A stretch of DNA of 64,000 bases from Eledone cirrhosa (taxonomy: Eukaryota), in the NCBI GenBank assembly GCA_964016885.1, contig OZ024740.1:143654001-143718000 (forward strand). The letters run 5' to 3'. Positions 27,087 through 38,413 of this stretch are shown piece by piece (the stretch's first letter is position 1; every line of letters begins with the position of its first letter). A program made the translations under genes and the position numbers. The notes beneath the pieces were generated by a model that searched no databases, was not told the DNA's origin, and saw only the letters and a list, made by a program, of their open reading frames with translations.

Positions 27087-29093
27087 TGCTAAAAATAGCA
27101 GCTACATAAGCTAAATAGGTGTGCTAAATAGGTGTGCTAAAAATAGCAGCTACATAAGCTAAATAGAATGTACCTCATTGTGGACGATAGGTGTGCTACA
27201 AATATCAGCTAAATAGGAGGAACCTTATGGTTGTCCATAGGTGTGCTAGAAATAGCAGCTAAATAGGGGGAACCTCATTGTAGTCCATAAGTATGCTAGA
27301 AATAGCAGCTAAATAGGGGGGGGGCCTTATGATGGTCCGTAGGTGTGCTAAAAATAGCAGCTACATAAGCTAAATAGAATGAACCTCATGGTGGATGATA
27401 GGTGTGCTCCAAATAGCAGCTAAATAGCCTTATGGTTGTCCATAGGTGTGCTCGAAATAGCAGCTAAGTAGGGGGACCCATATGGTGGTCCATAGGTATG
27501 CTAGACATAACAGCTAAAAAAACTTCATGGTGGTCCAAGTGTGTGCTAGAAATAGCAGCTGCATCAGCTAAAAAAGGGAATCTAATGGTGGTCTATAGGT
27601 GTACTAGAAATAGCAGTTAAATAGGGGATCATTATAGTGGTATATAGGTGTGCTACAAATAGCACCTAAATAGGGGGAACCTCATGGTGGTCAATAGGTG
27701 TGCTAGAAACAGTAGGTAAATAGCGGAACCTCATGGGAGTACATAAGTGTGCTAGAAATAGCAGCTGCATCAGCTAAACAAGGGAATCTCATGGTTATCC
27801 AAAGGTGTACTAGAAATAACAGCTAAATAAAGGGAACTTCATGGTGAACTGTGACCTAGATATATTAACTAAATACGGGGAACCTCATGGTGTTCCATAT
27901 GTGTGCTAGAAATAGCAGCTATATAGGGGAACCACATGGTGATCCATAGGTGTGCTAGAAATAGAAGCTGCATCACGTAAACAGGGGGAATCACGTGGTA
28001 GTCCATAGTTGTGCTAGAAATAGCATCTAAGTAAAGGGAACCCATGGTGGTCTATAGGTGTTCTAGAAATAGCAGCTAAATTAGGGGAACCTCATAGTGG
28101 TCCATAGTTGTGCTAGAAATAGTAGCTAAATAGAGGGAACCTTATAGTGGTCTATAGCTGTGATAGAAATAGTAGTTAAATAAGAGGAACCTTATGGTGG
28201 TTCTTAGGTGTGCTAGAAAGGGCTGTTACATCAGCTAAGCAGGAGGAACCTTATGGTGTATGTAGGTGTGCTAGAAGGAGTAGCTAAATAAAGAGAACCT
28301 CATGGTGATTCATAGGTGTGCTAGAAATAGCAGCAAAATAGGGGGATCCTTATGGTGGCCCATATGTGTGCTAGAAATAGCAGCTAAATACGGCGATCCT
28401 CATGTTGGGCCACACGTGTGCTAGAAATGGGAACTACACAGTGGTTCATAGGTGTGTTAGCAAAAGCATCTAAATTGTTGTAACCCTTTTAGTGGTCGAT
28501 AGGTGTGCTAGAAATAGCAGCTGCGTCAGGTAAACAGGGGAATATCATGGTGGTCCATAGGCGTGCTAGAAATAGCATCTAAATTAAGGGAAACCCATGG
28601 TGGTCTATAGGTTTCCTAGAATTAGCAACTAAAAAGGGGGAACTTCATGGTGGTCCATAGGTATGTTAGAAATAGCAGCTAAATAGGAGGAACCTTATAG
28701 TGGACCATAGATGTGCTAGAAATAGCATCTACATCAGCTAAACAGGGGCAACGTCATGGTGTCCATAGCTGTGCTAGAAATAGCAGCTAAATAAGGTCAA
28801 CCTCATATGTATCCATTTGTTGTGCTAGAAATAGCAGCTAATAGGGGGAACCTCATAGTGGTACCTATGTGTGCTACAAATAGTAGCTAAATAGGAGGGA
28901 CCTTATAGTGGTCCATATCTGTGCTAGAAATAGCAGCTTGATGGAGAGGAACCTGATGATGGTCCATGGGTGTACTAGAAATAGCAGCTACATCAGCTAA
29001 GCAGGTGGAACTTAATGGTTGTCCGTAGGTGTGCTAGAAATAGCGGCAAAATAAAGTGAACCTCGTGGTGGTCCATAGGTGTCCATAGGTGTC
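27087..29093 (+). repeat. Tandem satellite, ~50-bp unit, roughly 39 copies, with higher-order structure
   Basis: Consensus GTGTGCTAGAAATAGCAGCTAAATAGGGGGAACCTCATGGTGGTCCATAG. About every 4th unit has a 9-nt (G/A)CATCAGCT-like insert. Confidence 0.95.
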
Positions 29094-29139
29094 TCTTCTT
29101 TGTCAATTTTGTTATACTATACCATAGGGGAGTAATTAA

Positions 29140-30580
29140 CAAATCAATTTAAGATCTATATATCTATAAACAAGTATAGACATATGTTCAAGACCATGCT
29201 GACAAAAACCTTCCTAACAATGCTTAGCAGCAAGATGCCTTGGTAACTATTGCAGTCACTTCGGTCACCTTTGTTCTGATAGAAGGTGACAATGATACAG
29301 TCTCTCATGTCTTGCGGGACTGTTCTGTCTTCCCAGCACTAACACAGTAGTTTCAACAAGGGGCTAATTAGCACTCCCTTTGCACACCTGATGACCTCTT
29401 GGAGGATGCCGTCAGATCTTGGTGCCTTCCCAGCAGGTAAACTAATCAATGGCTCTGCACAGTTCTTCAGCAGTCGACAACACATCTAGCTCCTCCATGA
29501 CAGCTAGGTGTTTCATGGTGTCTAGCATGTTGTCTGAGATACTTTTTTTCCTTGCCATACAGTTTGAAGTAATATTCCACCTATCTCTCCAACCGCTCTC
29601 TTTTTCCTTTGATGACCTCACCTGTTCTTGATTTGAATGGAGGAGTCTTGCTCTGGGTTGGGCCAATGGCTTTCTTGATGCCCTCATACATTCCCCAAAT
29701 GTTACTTGTGTCAAATAACAGCTGGATGCATTTGAATAACTGTAACCAGTAGTCATTTGCACAGTGACTCGTAATCTTTTATGTCTTGTTCCGAGCTCAT
29801 CTCAATGCTCATAGTGTTGCTCTGGTGGGTGAGTGTTTATGCTTCAACAGGGAGCATGCTTCTTCTCCATGGTCGCATTGAACTAGTCATGTGTCATTCT
29901 TCGATTCTTCCTGAAGATCTCTTCAATGCAGTGTCATGGATGGTGCCTCTGAGAAAGTTCCATCTTTGCTGAACACCACCTTCCAGAGGTTCTGCAAGGA
30001 GGATGTCTTCCAGTGACTTGAGGAATACAGGTACTTTGACTGACTGCTGGGTCACAGTAGCCTTGATATGCTGTATGACAAGAGGCTTAGCATAGTGCAT
30101 TTTTGGTTGGAGTTTGAGATTGCAGCAAACCAGGGAGTGATCTGTGCCAAAGTCAGCGCTCCAAAAGGACCAAGTCAAGAGTACATTTCTCAAGTGGTTG
30201 TGTCTTATGAGGATCAGATCTAGCTGGTGCCTGTGCTCTGAGCGAGGATAACGCCAGGAAACTTTGTGTTGAGCTTTGGCCTGGAAGTAGGTGTTGGTGA
30301 CACATAATCCATGGAGCATACAGAGCTCAAGCAGTTGTTGCCCGTTGTCATTCATGTTACCGACCCCATGCTGTCACAGTTACCCTGTCCAGGAGTCGTG
30401 GTCGGCTTCCACTCTGGCATTGAAGTCACCAAGTAACACCAGCTGTTCTCCATATGGGATTGCCTGTATTTTTCTGGAGAACTGATTGTAAAACTTATCC
30501 GTGTCATCTTGTGTGTAATAGAGGGTTAGGGCATAAGCACTGACAAGGTTGACAAGACAGGAGCCTCCCAAAAGTCAGCT
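29140..30580 (-). mobile_element. Decayed RTE/BovB-like LINE (AP endonuclease to start of RT)
   Basis: LVSAYA, LLGDFNARV, NDNGQQLLELC, VTNTYF, HQLDLIL and TDHSLV. Confidence 0.85.
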
Positions 30581-30882
30581 TGAAGGTAACACAGAGGAGA
30601 CTGAGGTTAACTGGACATGCTCAGAGTTGACACTGCACTCAATGGTCCTGTGGGAGCCCCTACATGAACACACTAGAAGAGGGAAACCAAGGATGACATG
30701 TATTGATACCTTAAGGACAGACACTGGTCTCTGGGAGACACAGGCCATGGAAACGATGATGAAGAACAGAGACCGCTGGAGAGAACTCGTACATGGATCT
30801 CGGGAATTTTACCTGCCCTAGATAGATATATATGCATATATATATGTGTGTGTGTGTGTAATTATGTGTTTTATATCAAATA

Positions 30883-31075
30883 ATAATTGTTTCTACTTTT
30901 GGCACAAGGCCAGCAATTACCTAGTGTATTACTGGTACTTTATTTTATCGACCCCATAAGGATGAAAGGCAAAGTTAACCTCGGCGGGATTTGAACTCAG
31001 AATGGCAAGGGCCGTAACTCTATGCATCAAAGCATGGCATCTGACCCTCTACTGATACTGCCAATCCACCGCCCT
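30883..31075 (-). mobile_element. SINE family B copy
   Basis: Same sequence as 21188-21380. Flanked by the direct repeat tatcaaataataat (TSD-like). Confidence 0.85.
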
Positions 31076-31399
31076 ATTATTATCAAATAATAATAATATT
31101 CGATTTGTTTGCAAGCAGACAGTCTCATTATGCTATGTTTAGTTTTTGATGGCCATCATCATCCGTTCAACAGCAGCATTGAAGAACAATCAACAGGTTT
31201 CTGGGTTATTGTTCTTCATCAGGACTGTACTTCTCTGCTACTCGTTTGAACTGTTGAAAATATATAGTATTTTCTAAACTATACATTGGCTGATTAGCCT
31301 CATTTGCATAACAAGTGATTTTACAGCTGGGCTTGCCGAAAAACAAAATTAGAATTTGATTTTCTGCTCTAACATAGCAGATTACATAAATGTAATTAT

Positions 31400-33840
31400 G
31401 GATTTTATATTGAATATTAATAATAAGGTCAGCCGTAGAATTGCTTGGTATGCACTATTCTTGTCATTAACCAACAAACCTAATACAGGGCCCTCGAAAC
31501 AGTCAAATCCAGCTGCGTCACTAGCCCCAATATATTTTTACTTAATACACAAAGTGTCAGCCTTTTCATCAATGCAGAAAAATGGAAGATCCAATTCTTT
31601 GAGGTTTGGGTTACCAACCATCCACACCATATCCCTTTCTTCATCCTAACTGAGACCCATTTTAACGTCTCCCACTTGGAAACTGAAGTGAGGGTGAGAA
31701 ATTTTACAACCATCTGCGTGGATCATGTTGGCAGAAGAAAAGAACAAAACTACCATTTCCTGCATGATTCTTTTATGGCTGATGAAAATAACATATTCTC
31801 CAATGGTTATTATGAATCAGTTTCTGTGCACAACAAAGCCAATGATTTGATTGTAGCTTGGGCTCTATAAGCCTCCCCAAACACCTCTACCGTGCTTCAA
31901 AGAATGCCCCAACAGCATTAGGTGTTTTATCCAACAGTGTGATTCTGGGAGATTTGATAGGTGACTTCAATCTACCCTGTGTTGATTGGTCTACAAACAG
32001 TTGAAATCAGGTCCTTCTTCCTCAACCCCTAAGTAGTTTTTCCTGTCCTAACTTGTGCTTGCACCAACAAGATATCACAAAAACATTTTAGATTTAGTAT
32101 TTAGTAACCACACTAAAACTATCTGCATTATTGCAGTAGTAAAAGCTCTCCTCTCAGACCATGACATGGTACTTTGTAACTTGAGGTTCCACCAGCCAAA
32201 AGTTTAACCTGATGATTCTTTCCAGCCCACTTATGTAATAACATTGATCTTCATAATGTAAACTGGTCTTTCACACACAGCCACCAACATCAAAACATGA
32301 ATGATGACCTTCATCAATAACCAACAGACTGAGTCATTGACAAAATTAAACTCAAATCCAAAATGTTCTTTCCATTTGCCAAAAATCACAAGACTGCTGT
32401 CACAACCATTGGGCTTCTGTTTGATGAAAATGGCACACTCCAAAAGAATGCTAAAAGCATGGGTGAAATACTGCAGAAAAAATACTGCTCTGGGCTGTAT
32501 CAGTGATATTAACCCCCTACACACCATATCTGACATAACATTTGCTGCCCCTGATATCTTAGTGACAATAAACAAAATTAAACACAACTCAACAATAGTC
32601 TCCGATAAGCTCCCTGCTACTGTCCTGAAGGTGTGTTGACACCAGCTTGCACCCCCTATACCTAATGTATGGAAGAACTCGCTGGATGTAGCCTATTTCC
32701 CTGAAGATTTTGTATCCCAGTTTATCATCCCAGTTTTCAAAAAAGGATACAAGTTCTTTGCTGTAAATTACCATCTGATAAATAGCTCACTACCTTGAAA
32801 ACAACACCCTACTGAACTCCAACTAGCATAGCAACATTTGAGTATGTGGAAAACTACTATAGTGGATTTAGTGTTTCCTAACAGATCTCACTATGTTGTG
32901 ATTGAAGGAACATGATCAAGCTCAACCAAAGTCTGAAGTAGTGTCCCACACGGCACTGTGTTGTGCCCACTTCTCTTCATTATTTATATCAATGACCCTT
33001 TTACGATCTGAGTTCAAATCCCGCCGAGGTTGACTTTGCCTTTCATCCTTACGGGGTCGATAAAATAAAGTACCAGTAATGCACTGGGTAATTGCTGGCC
33101 TTAGAAACAATTATTTATATCAATGACACAGTTGTCATCAAGTACAGCAAAATAAGAATGTTCACAAATGATTCCAAGCTCCAGAAAGTCATTAACAGAG
33201 TGGGATACTGGGCATGCCTTCAATCAGATATGTTTGCTGTTATCCAATGTGTGAAAAAAAATAGTGTGCTACTAAACGAGGATAAATTTGAATTAATCCC
33301 CTTTAGAAAAGAGGATGCACTGAAGTTAACATATTATCTTCCCTCAGGTGAAATCCTCATAGCATACAACACCAGAGACCTTGGTGTAAATGTTGATAGC
33401 AACTTAAGCTGGAATACTCACATAAACAACAATGTTGTCATGACCTGCGGGATGTGTTCCTGGATTCTCAGAATTTTCCATTCGAGAGATATCCATACCA
33501 TCATCCTTCTCTTCTCTACTTTTGCCTGGCCCCACCTTAAATACTGTTGTCCATTGTGGTATCCTCACATGAAACAAAGTATTATGAAAATTGAAGTACC
33601 TCAAATGTAATTACAAAAGGAAAGATGGTTTGACTAGAAAAGCTCAAACTCTACTCTCTCCAATGCTGTCATAGCACTACCTTACCTTCATGATGTGGAA
33701 AATATTCCATCATCATTGCCCAGATGATGTTGGCATCACCTTTAAAATTCACATAGGGCTATCTGCCACTACAAAAATCAAACTCGCATCACATAACAAC
33801 ATTATAGTAGAATTATTTCACCTCAACTTGTCCAGCTCTC
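31400..33840 (+). mobile_element. Highly decayed CR1/L2/Jockey-like LINE with an inserted SINE
   Basis: GDFNLPCVDW (APE), RMFTNDSKL (FADD-like), RDLGV and PHLKYCCPLWYPH. Confidence 0.8.
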
Positions 33841-33889
33841 TTATTTACTATATATATATACACACGTATATATATATATATATATATAT

Positions 33890-35720
33890 ATCGCAAAGCC
33901 ACTGCTTCGGCTACTACTCCTTCAGTTTAGACCTGGCTGTTTTCTGGTATGCTAAATGGACTACAGAGTTGGAGAGTCTGAGCACTCAATGACAATGTCA
34001 AAGATAAAGATAAATTCACCTCCCCCTGCCGGACGAGAATGCAAGGACTCCTCTTTATTTCAGACATGGAAGATCAACATAATTCCGTCACCACTCCCTG
34101 TGCCCCCAACCCATCCCTTCCACCCACCAAGCAAAATCCAAAACTTCAGAGTTGGTACCATGAACATTGAAAGGTCGCTCAAATGAGGTTGTAGAGATGC
34201 TTGAACGTAAGGAAGTTGATGTTTGTTGTATTCAAGAGACTAGGAGGAGGGGTCGGTCTGCCAGATTCATTGTGGGTAAAAAACAATGCTATAAACTTTT
34301 CTGGATGTGAAATGACAACATTGTGATGGCTATGACGGGATCCATGGAGGCTATGGGTTTGGTACTAGGAATGAAGAAGGCTTCAGAATCCTGGAATTCT
34401 GTGATGCTAATAACCTAACTATCTGTAACACAAACTTCAAAAACCGAGACAATCACTTGATCACTTATAGATCAGGGGAACACACCAGTCAGATAGATTA
34501 TATCCTTACTAGAAGACGTGACAGAGTGTCTGTTGTAAACACTAAGTCCCTCCCCTGTGAAGAATGCACCTCCCAACATAGCCTAGTAGTTAGTGATCTA
34601 ATACTCAGGACTAGACGTACTCGATGACAGCGGAGGACTACCTTGGGGAGAAGAACATGGAAGCTGAAGGACCCTACAGCCAGTGACAAATTTAAAAGCT
34701 TATTACTTGATGATTTTGACAGTAAGGAAGAGCAATTAGAGACGTACAATATAGAAGTACAGTAGGAATTCATGAAAGTTAACCTGCTGAAGGCGACAGA
34801 CGAAATCTGTGGCTGGAGCAGACCTATAGGCAGGAGGAGAGTAACTTGGTGGTGGAACAGTAAAGTGGAGGAGACAATGAAGGCTAAAAAGCAGGCTTGG
34901 AAAGTATAGCAGGATGGGGGTAGTAGAGAACACTATCAAGTGTCCAGGAGAGAAGCTAGGAGACAAGTGTACCTTGCAAGAAGGGAAGCAGAGCATAGAA
35001 CATTCAAGCATGTTCTACAAAACGAGGACCAAAAACATGAGGTGTTCAGGATTGCAAGACAATGTGTCAAGGAAAACCGTGATATTGTCGGGGAGAAGTG
35101 TGTCTGTAATGATGATGGTGTACTTGCCCTCACTGATACTGATAAGAAGGTAGCTTGGAAGTGTCACTACGGGAGACTACTAAATGAGGAGAATAAGTGG
35201 GAAAAAGATAGTCTGCCCCAAATCGATCCAATAGAGAGACCAGCGATGCAAGTTAAAGGTTGTATAATAAGTAAGGCAATCAAAGATATGAAGACAGGCA
35301 AGGTGGCTGGGCCTTCGGAGATAGTTGTTGAGATGTTGAAAGCATTTGGAATGATGGGACATACTATGGCCACCCGGATAATAAACCAAGTAATACAGAA
35401 TGGGGTCATATAAAAAGACTGGCGTAGCAGCATCATCGTTAACTGTTACAAGAGTAAAGGAGATGATCTAGATAGGGGAAACTATAGAGGCCCCTCCAAA
35501 CCTAACATACACCCCAACCCACTCCCACCAACACCACCCTTTCTCTATAAAGTTATGCTGGTACCACAACATCCAGTCCAAACTAATGAGATCGTGTAGG
35601 TGTCACGACAAAAAAGCTCCCAGTCCACTCTGTAAATGCGGTTGGTGTTAGGAAGGGCATCCAGCCGTAGAAAACCTGCCAGATAGTCCTATACAAGCGA
35701 GACATGGTCACCCGACCAAT
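33890..35720 (+). mobile_element. Internally deleted RTE LINE
   Basis: FRVGTMN, RILEFCDAN, QIDYIL and HEVFRIARQC, then a jump to the 3' UTR at ~35490. Same family as 50600-53475. Confidence 0.9.
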
Positions 35721-35722
35721 CT

Positions 35723-36201
35723 TGCTGGACACCACCAGAGGGTGTTAGACGCTGGTGTTTGCATAGTTACGGCTTCCTAAATGTTTCCTGTAAACATACC
35801 GTGTTTCTTTAGAAATACGAAATTTCTATAAATATTTGCATAAAGTTGTAAGCAAAATCCTATTTCTATTCTAGTTGAGCCAACTTATGCAGCTTCATAT
35901 ACAAATGAGATTAATCACCTCATTTACACAGATGAGAAAACTATATATTCTCGACTGTTCTCAAGTCCAGCAGTTGCAAGCGGTGGGAGGGACCATCCTG
36001 ACGAAGGCCAGTCAAGCCTGAAATGCATAGACGGTTGTCCTCCTTGCTTCTGCTGGACACCACCAGAGGGCGTTAGCATCCAGTGTTTGCATAGCTATGG
36101 CTTCCTAAATGTTTCCTGTAAACATGCCGTGTTTCTTTATAAATATAAAATTTCTATACATATTTGTATAAAGCTATGCTTGAAGCAAAATCCTATTTCT
36201 A
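35723..36201 (+). mobile_element. Retrozyme/PLE-like non-coding partial tandem repeat, 328-bp period
   Basis: 35723-35870 is repeated at 36051-36201 with a hammerhead motif between the copies. Ends in (TA)n. Confidence 0.7.
35986..36044 (+). ncRNA. Type I hammerhead ribozyme
   Basis: GGAGGGACCAUC-CUGACGA-AGGC(CAGUCAA)GCCU-GAAA-UGCA-UA-GACGGUUGUCCUCC. Intact core, 4-bp stem II, palindromic minimal stem III, extended stem I. Confidence 0.8.
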
Positions 36202-36293
36202 TATATATATATATACATAGATATAGATATCGATATATATAATAATATAATTATTATAAAGAATGAGGAATCACAATTTATTAACATATTACA

Positions 36294-36592
36294 TGGCGGC
36301 ACATGGCTTAGTGGTTAGAGCATTGGCTTTGCAATCGAAAGGTTGTGAGTTCAATTCTCAGACCGGGTGATGTGTTGTTTCCTTGAGCAAGACACTTTAT
36401 TTCACATTGCTCCAGTTTACTCACTGCAAAAGTGGTTGTGGAGGTGCCACGGCAAAAAAGCACCCAGCACTCACTGCAAATGAGGTTGGTGTTAAGAAGG
36501 GCATCCAACTGTAGAAATCAAGCCAGAATCAGTTCCCGTCCCACCCTTGCAAGCAGGGAAAAGTGGACGTAAAATGATGATGATGATGATGA
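36294..36592 (+). mobile_element. tRNA-derived SINE (family A)
   Basis: tggcttagtggttagagc (A box), gagttcaattc (B box), core, RTE-like tail and (GAT)n. Confidence 0.88.
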
Positions 36593-36668
36593 TTACATAT
36601 GTTTCTCCATCGATCAGCTCGAGACAAGATCTGTTATAGATCGAACCCGACTCTGCATTCGAAGGGTC

Positions 36669-37041
<373 letters not shown>

Positions 37042-37194
37042 GTAATAATAATAAATTTGAAGACTAAAATCCAAAGAGGGCTCGATAAGAATAAATATAT
37101 ATCAAATATATAAGAACCGTAGAGCAAATATTTATTAAAATAACAGATTAAAGTTTAAGCAAAGAATCGCTGCTTTCACCCTTAACGGGATCTT

Positions 37195-38070
37195 CTGAAA
37201 CTAAAAAAATCAATCTGTGAACGCAGAAGTAAATATTTCGAAAAACGTTGCAACCGAAAGAAGACAGGAAGACGATACTTTGATTCGTGGAAACGTTCCC
37301 TGCCAAAGAACGTAAAAAAACGAAGATAATTCGTCCTAATTTGGAGCGGTGAAAACAATTACGTGGTATTGTTTTTGCGTGTAATTGTTTTCAAAGCTCC
37401 AAATAATGACGTATTATCTTCGTTTTTTTACGTTCTTTGCCAGGGAACGTTTCCACGAACCAAAGAATTGACGATGGTTGCTGGACACTACGGCTTAATA
37501 CGGGATGTTTGTTTACAAACACACCGAGCATTATAATAAATGTTCGGTGAATCCATACGTACATATATATATGTGTGCATGTATGTATATATATATACAT
37601 ACTACTGTACGTCTGTATACATATATGTATGTACGTGTACATACTTATATTTAAGTAACAGCCGTACTAAGAGTGGGAAATGAGATTTCGTTTCATTTTT
37701 CCCGTTTATCGTTTTCGGTGCACCCGGCCGATTAACCCACTCGATATGCAAATTGGGCTACTCAGCCGTTAATATGCATAAGGTAAGTATATACGTTCAG
37801 CAATCTGGCAGGAAGGTATACGTTGCTGACGATAGCTAATAAGCTTGAAACTAGTACAGCGTTCCTTTGTCAGTGTTGAACAAACGAGCAACGATGGTTG
37901 CTGGACACTACGGCTTAATACGGGATGTTTGTTTACAAACACACCGAGCATTATAATAAATGTTCGGTGAATCCATATGTACATATTTATATGTGTGCAT
38001 GTATGTATATATATATACATACTACTGTACGTCTGTATACATATATGTATGTACGTGTACATACTTATAC
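37195..38070 (+). repeat. CpG-rich Helitron-related segment with an ~85-bp-arm inverted repeat and ~175-bp direct repeats
   Basis: 37195-37310 is similar to 47985-48095. Hairpin at 37279-37465. 37471-37648 is repeated at 37891-38068. Confidence 0.7.
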
Positions 38071-38413
38071 ATATTTGTTATGTTATACTGTAACTCTTTG
38101 CTCTAAAGATGGCGTCAGACTCTCTACCGATACTGCCATTCCACCACCACAGTTTATATTTGTTATTTAAGCATTTGTAAAGTTATTTGTGTATATATTT
38201 AAAACATATTTGCTATGTTATTCTATCGTAAATTTATTTATATGCTTTGTATATATTATGTGTTTATATTTTCATTTTAATGTTATTTATACAATTGTGA
38301 AGAAATATTACACCAAAAAGTGAAAATAGGAAAGTTAGGCGCAAGTAGTATCTCCTGCTGCGAAAACAATTCATAGTGCATCAGATTTAAATTCCAAGCA
38401 GTCAGGAGAACGG

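Noticed and set aside
27087-29093. CRISPR-like appearance of the repeat array
   Set aside because: The apparent spacers are homologous to each other, there are no cas genes and the context is eukaryotic. It is a tandem satellite.
33895-33962. HDV-like ribozyme at the RTE 5' end
   Set aside because: A GCUAA motif and a P3-like hairpin are present, but the P1 partner is missing and P2 pairs poorly.
36294-36372. tRNA gene
   Set aside because: The A/B boxes belong to a SINE head that continues into a core and LINE-derived tail, and the acceptor stem is not intact.
37160-37200. Hammerhead-like motif on the minus strand (CAGAAGA-UCCC..GGGU-GAAAGC)
   Set aside because: Core is mutated and there is no valid stem I or cleavage triplet. 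At most a decayed PLE end.
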